Positions 63,095 through 64,000 of a stretch of DNA of 64,000 nucleotides are shown here, piece by piece. Both the position numbers and the translations under genes were made by a program. The notes under the pieces were generated by a model, which was given only the letters and a program-made list of their open reading frames with translations, did not search any database and had not been told where the DNA came from. The stretch lies in assembly GCF_009914755.1 (NCBI RefSeq), contig NC_060934.1; one strand, written 5' to 3'. Within the stretch, counting starts at the first letter, position 1. Each line of letters begins with the position of its first letter. This DNA comes from the human T2T-CHM13v2.0 reference genome, Homo sapiens.

Positions 63095-63560
63095 GACTGT
63101 TTATTCAATAAATGTTAGTTGAGTACTGTGCTATGTGCAAACATGAATGAGATACACCTTGGATTCATACAGTGTCGGGTGGGGAGAGACACCAATATTG
63201 ATATAGACAGTACAGTATGGGAAGACTGAAATGTACAAAGCGCTTACAAGAAGACAAAGCTACTTTGGTAAGTAACCCAAAGGAGACTATTCCAAGGATA
63301 TGACATGTAAGCTAAATGATTAGACATTTCTAAGGAAAGAAGGAAAATATACTGTAGGCAGGAGGAAGTGGATCTCAGTGTCACCATTAAGAAGCTAGAG
63401 CAGTTTTGCCTTAAGAACACTGATGTGGAGGACAGTGATGATGACTGCGGTAGTTAATGTTTACTGGTCATTTCCTTCCTATATGGGCATGCACAGCTCA
63501 AAGGATTTCACATGTATTACCTTTTAAAAATCCTCACAATACCTCTGTGAAATAGAGACT
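63095..63560 (-). mobile_element. L2 and MIR remnants
   Basis: ttattcaataaatgttagttgagtact...tatgtgc; aatcctcacaatacctctgtgaaatag. Confidence 0.55.
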
Positions 63561-63564
63561 TGCG

Positions 63565-64000
63565 ACAGTTTTTTATTGCTGTATATCCCAAAACTTGGTG
63601 GCTTAAAACAACCACCAATTATTTAGTGCCTGATTCTCTGTGGGTTGGCAATTCAAGCTCAAGTTCACTGTGGGGAGGAGGCTTCATCCGGACTCCCTCA
63701 TGAGTCCGTGGTCAGCTGCTGTCCAGCTGGGGTGCTGGCTGGTCTAGAGTGGCCTCAGCTATATTAGCTTTTTTGGTTCCCTGTGGTGTCTCCTTGGTAA
63801 CATCCCATCTTAAGCTTTCTAAAAGCAGGAGTGGAAGCACACGAGATCCTTGATGTCTGGGTTCAGAATTGGCCACAACTTCTGTTGCATTTCTGTTGCC
63901 TACAGCAAGTCACAAGTCACAGGACAGCCCAGATTCAGGAAAGGGAAAGCAGACTGCACCTTGTGATGGAGGAGTTGTGAAGTCACATTACAGCAAGACA
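63565..64000 (-). mobile_element. MLT1F/G/H-like MaLR LTR, running off the window end
   Basis: cccaaaacttggtggcttaaaacaac...gcaagtcacagg.cagcccagattca. Confidence 0.8.

Overview
This is human genomic DNA: it carries an AluYa5 that matches the consensus as I recall it, and AluYa5 is essentially human-specific. The window is AT-rich, non-coding and repeat-dense (intronic or intergenic). Roughly half is transposon-derived: about 12 Alu/FLAM copies, several L1s (L1PA4-like, L1PB, L1MA, L1MB/MC/ME), L2, MIR, MaLR/ERVL LTRs and DNA-transposon fossils. I recognise no protein-coding gene, RNA gene or CpG island, and most longer ORFs in the track are Alu or L1 read-through. I found no new multi-gene biological system. 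The most interesting signal is a set of probable template-switch scars: four inverted repeats outside recognisable MITEs (30-bp perfect palindrome; 46-bp-arm hairpin; perfect 31-bp-arm hairpin; 19-bp-arm hairpin), a 57-bp inverted copy of local MIR DNA inside an Alu 2.2 kb away, and templated micro-insertions in an L1PA. Also notable are a short polyadenylated internal L1 fragment with a variant poly(A) signal, a twin-priming-type inversion in an old L1MA, and several weak + strand exon candidates. Repeat subfamily names come from my recollection of consensus sequences and need RepeatMasker/Dfam confirmation. Boundaries of old repeats are approximate.
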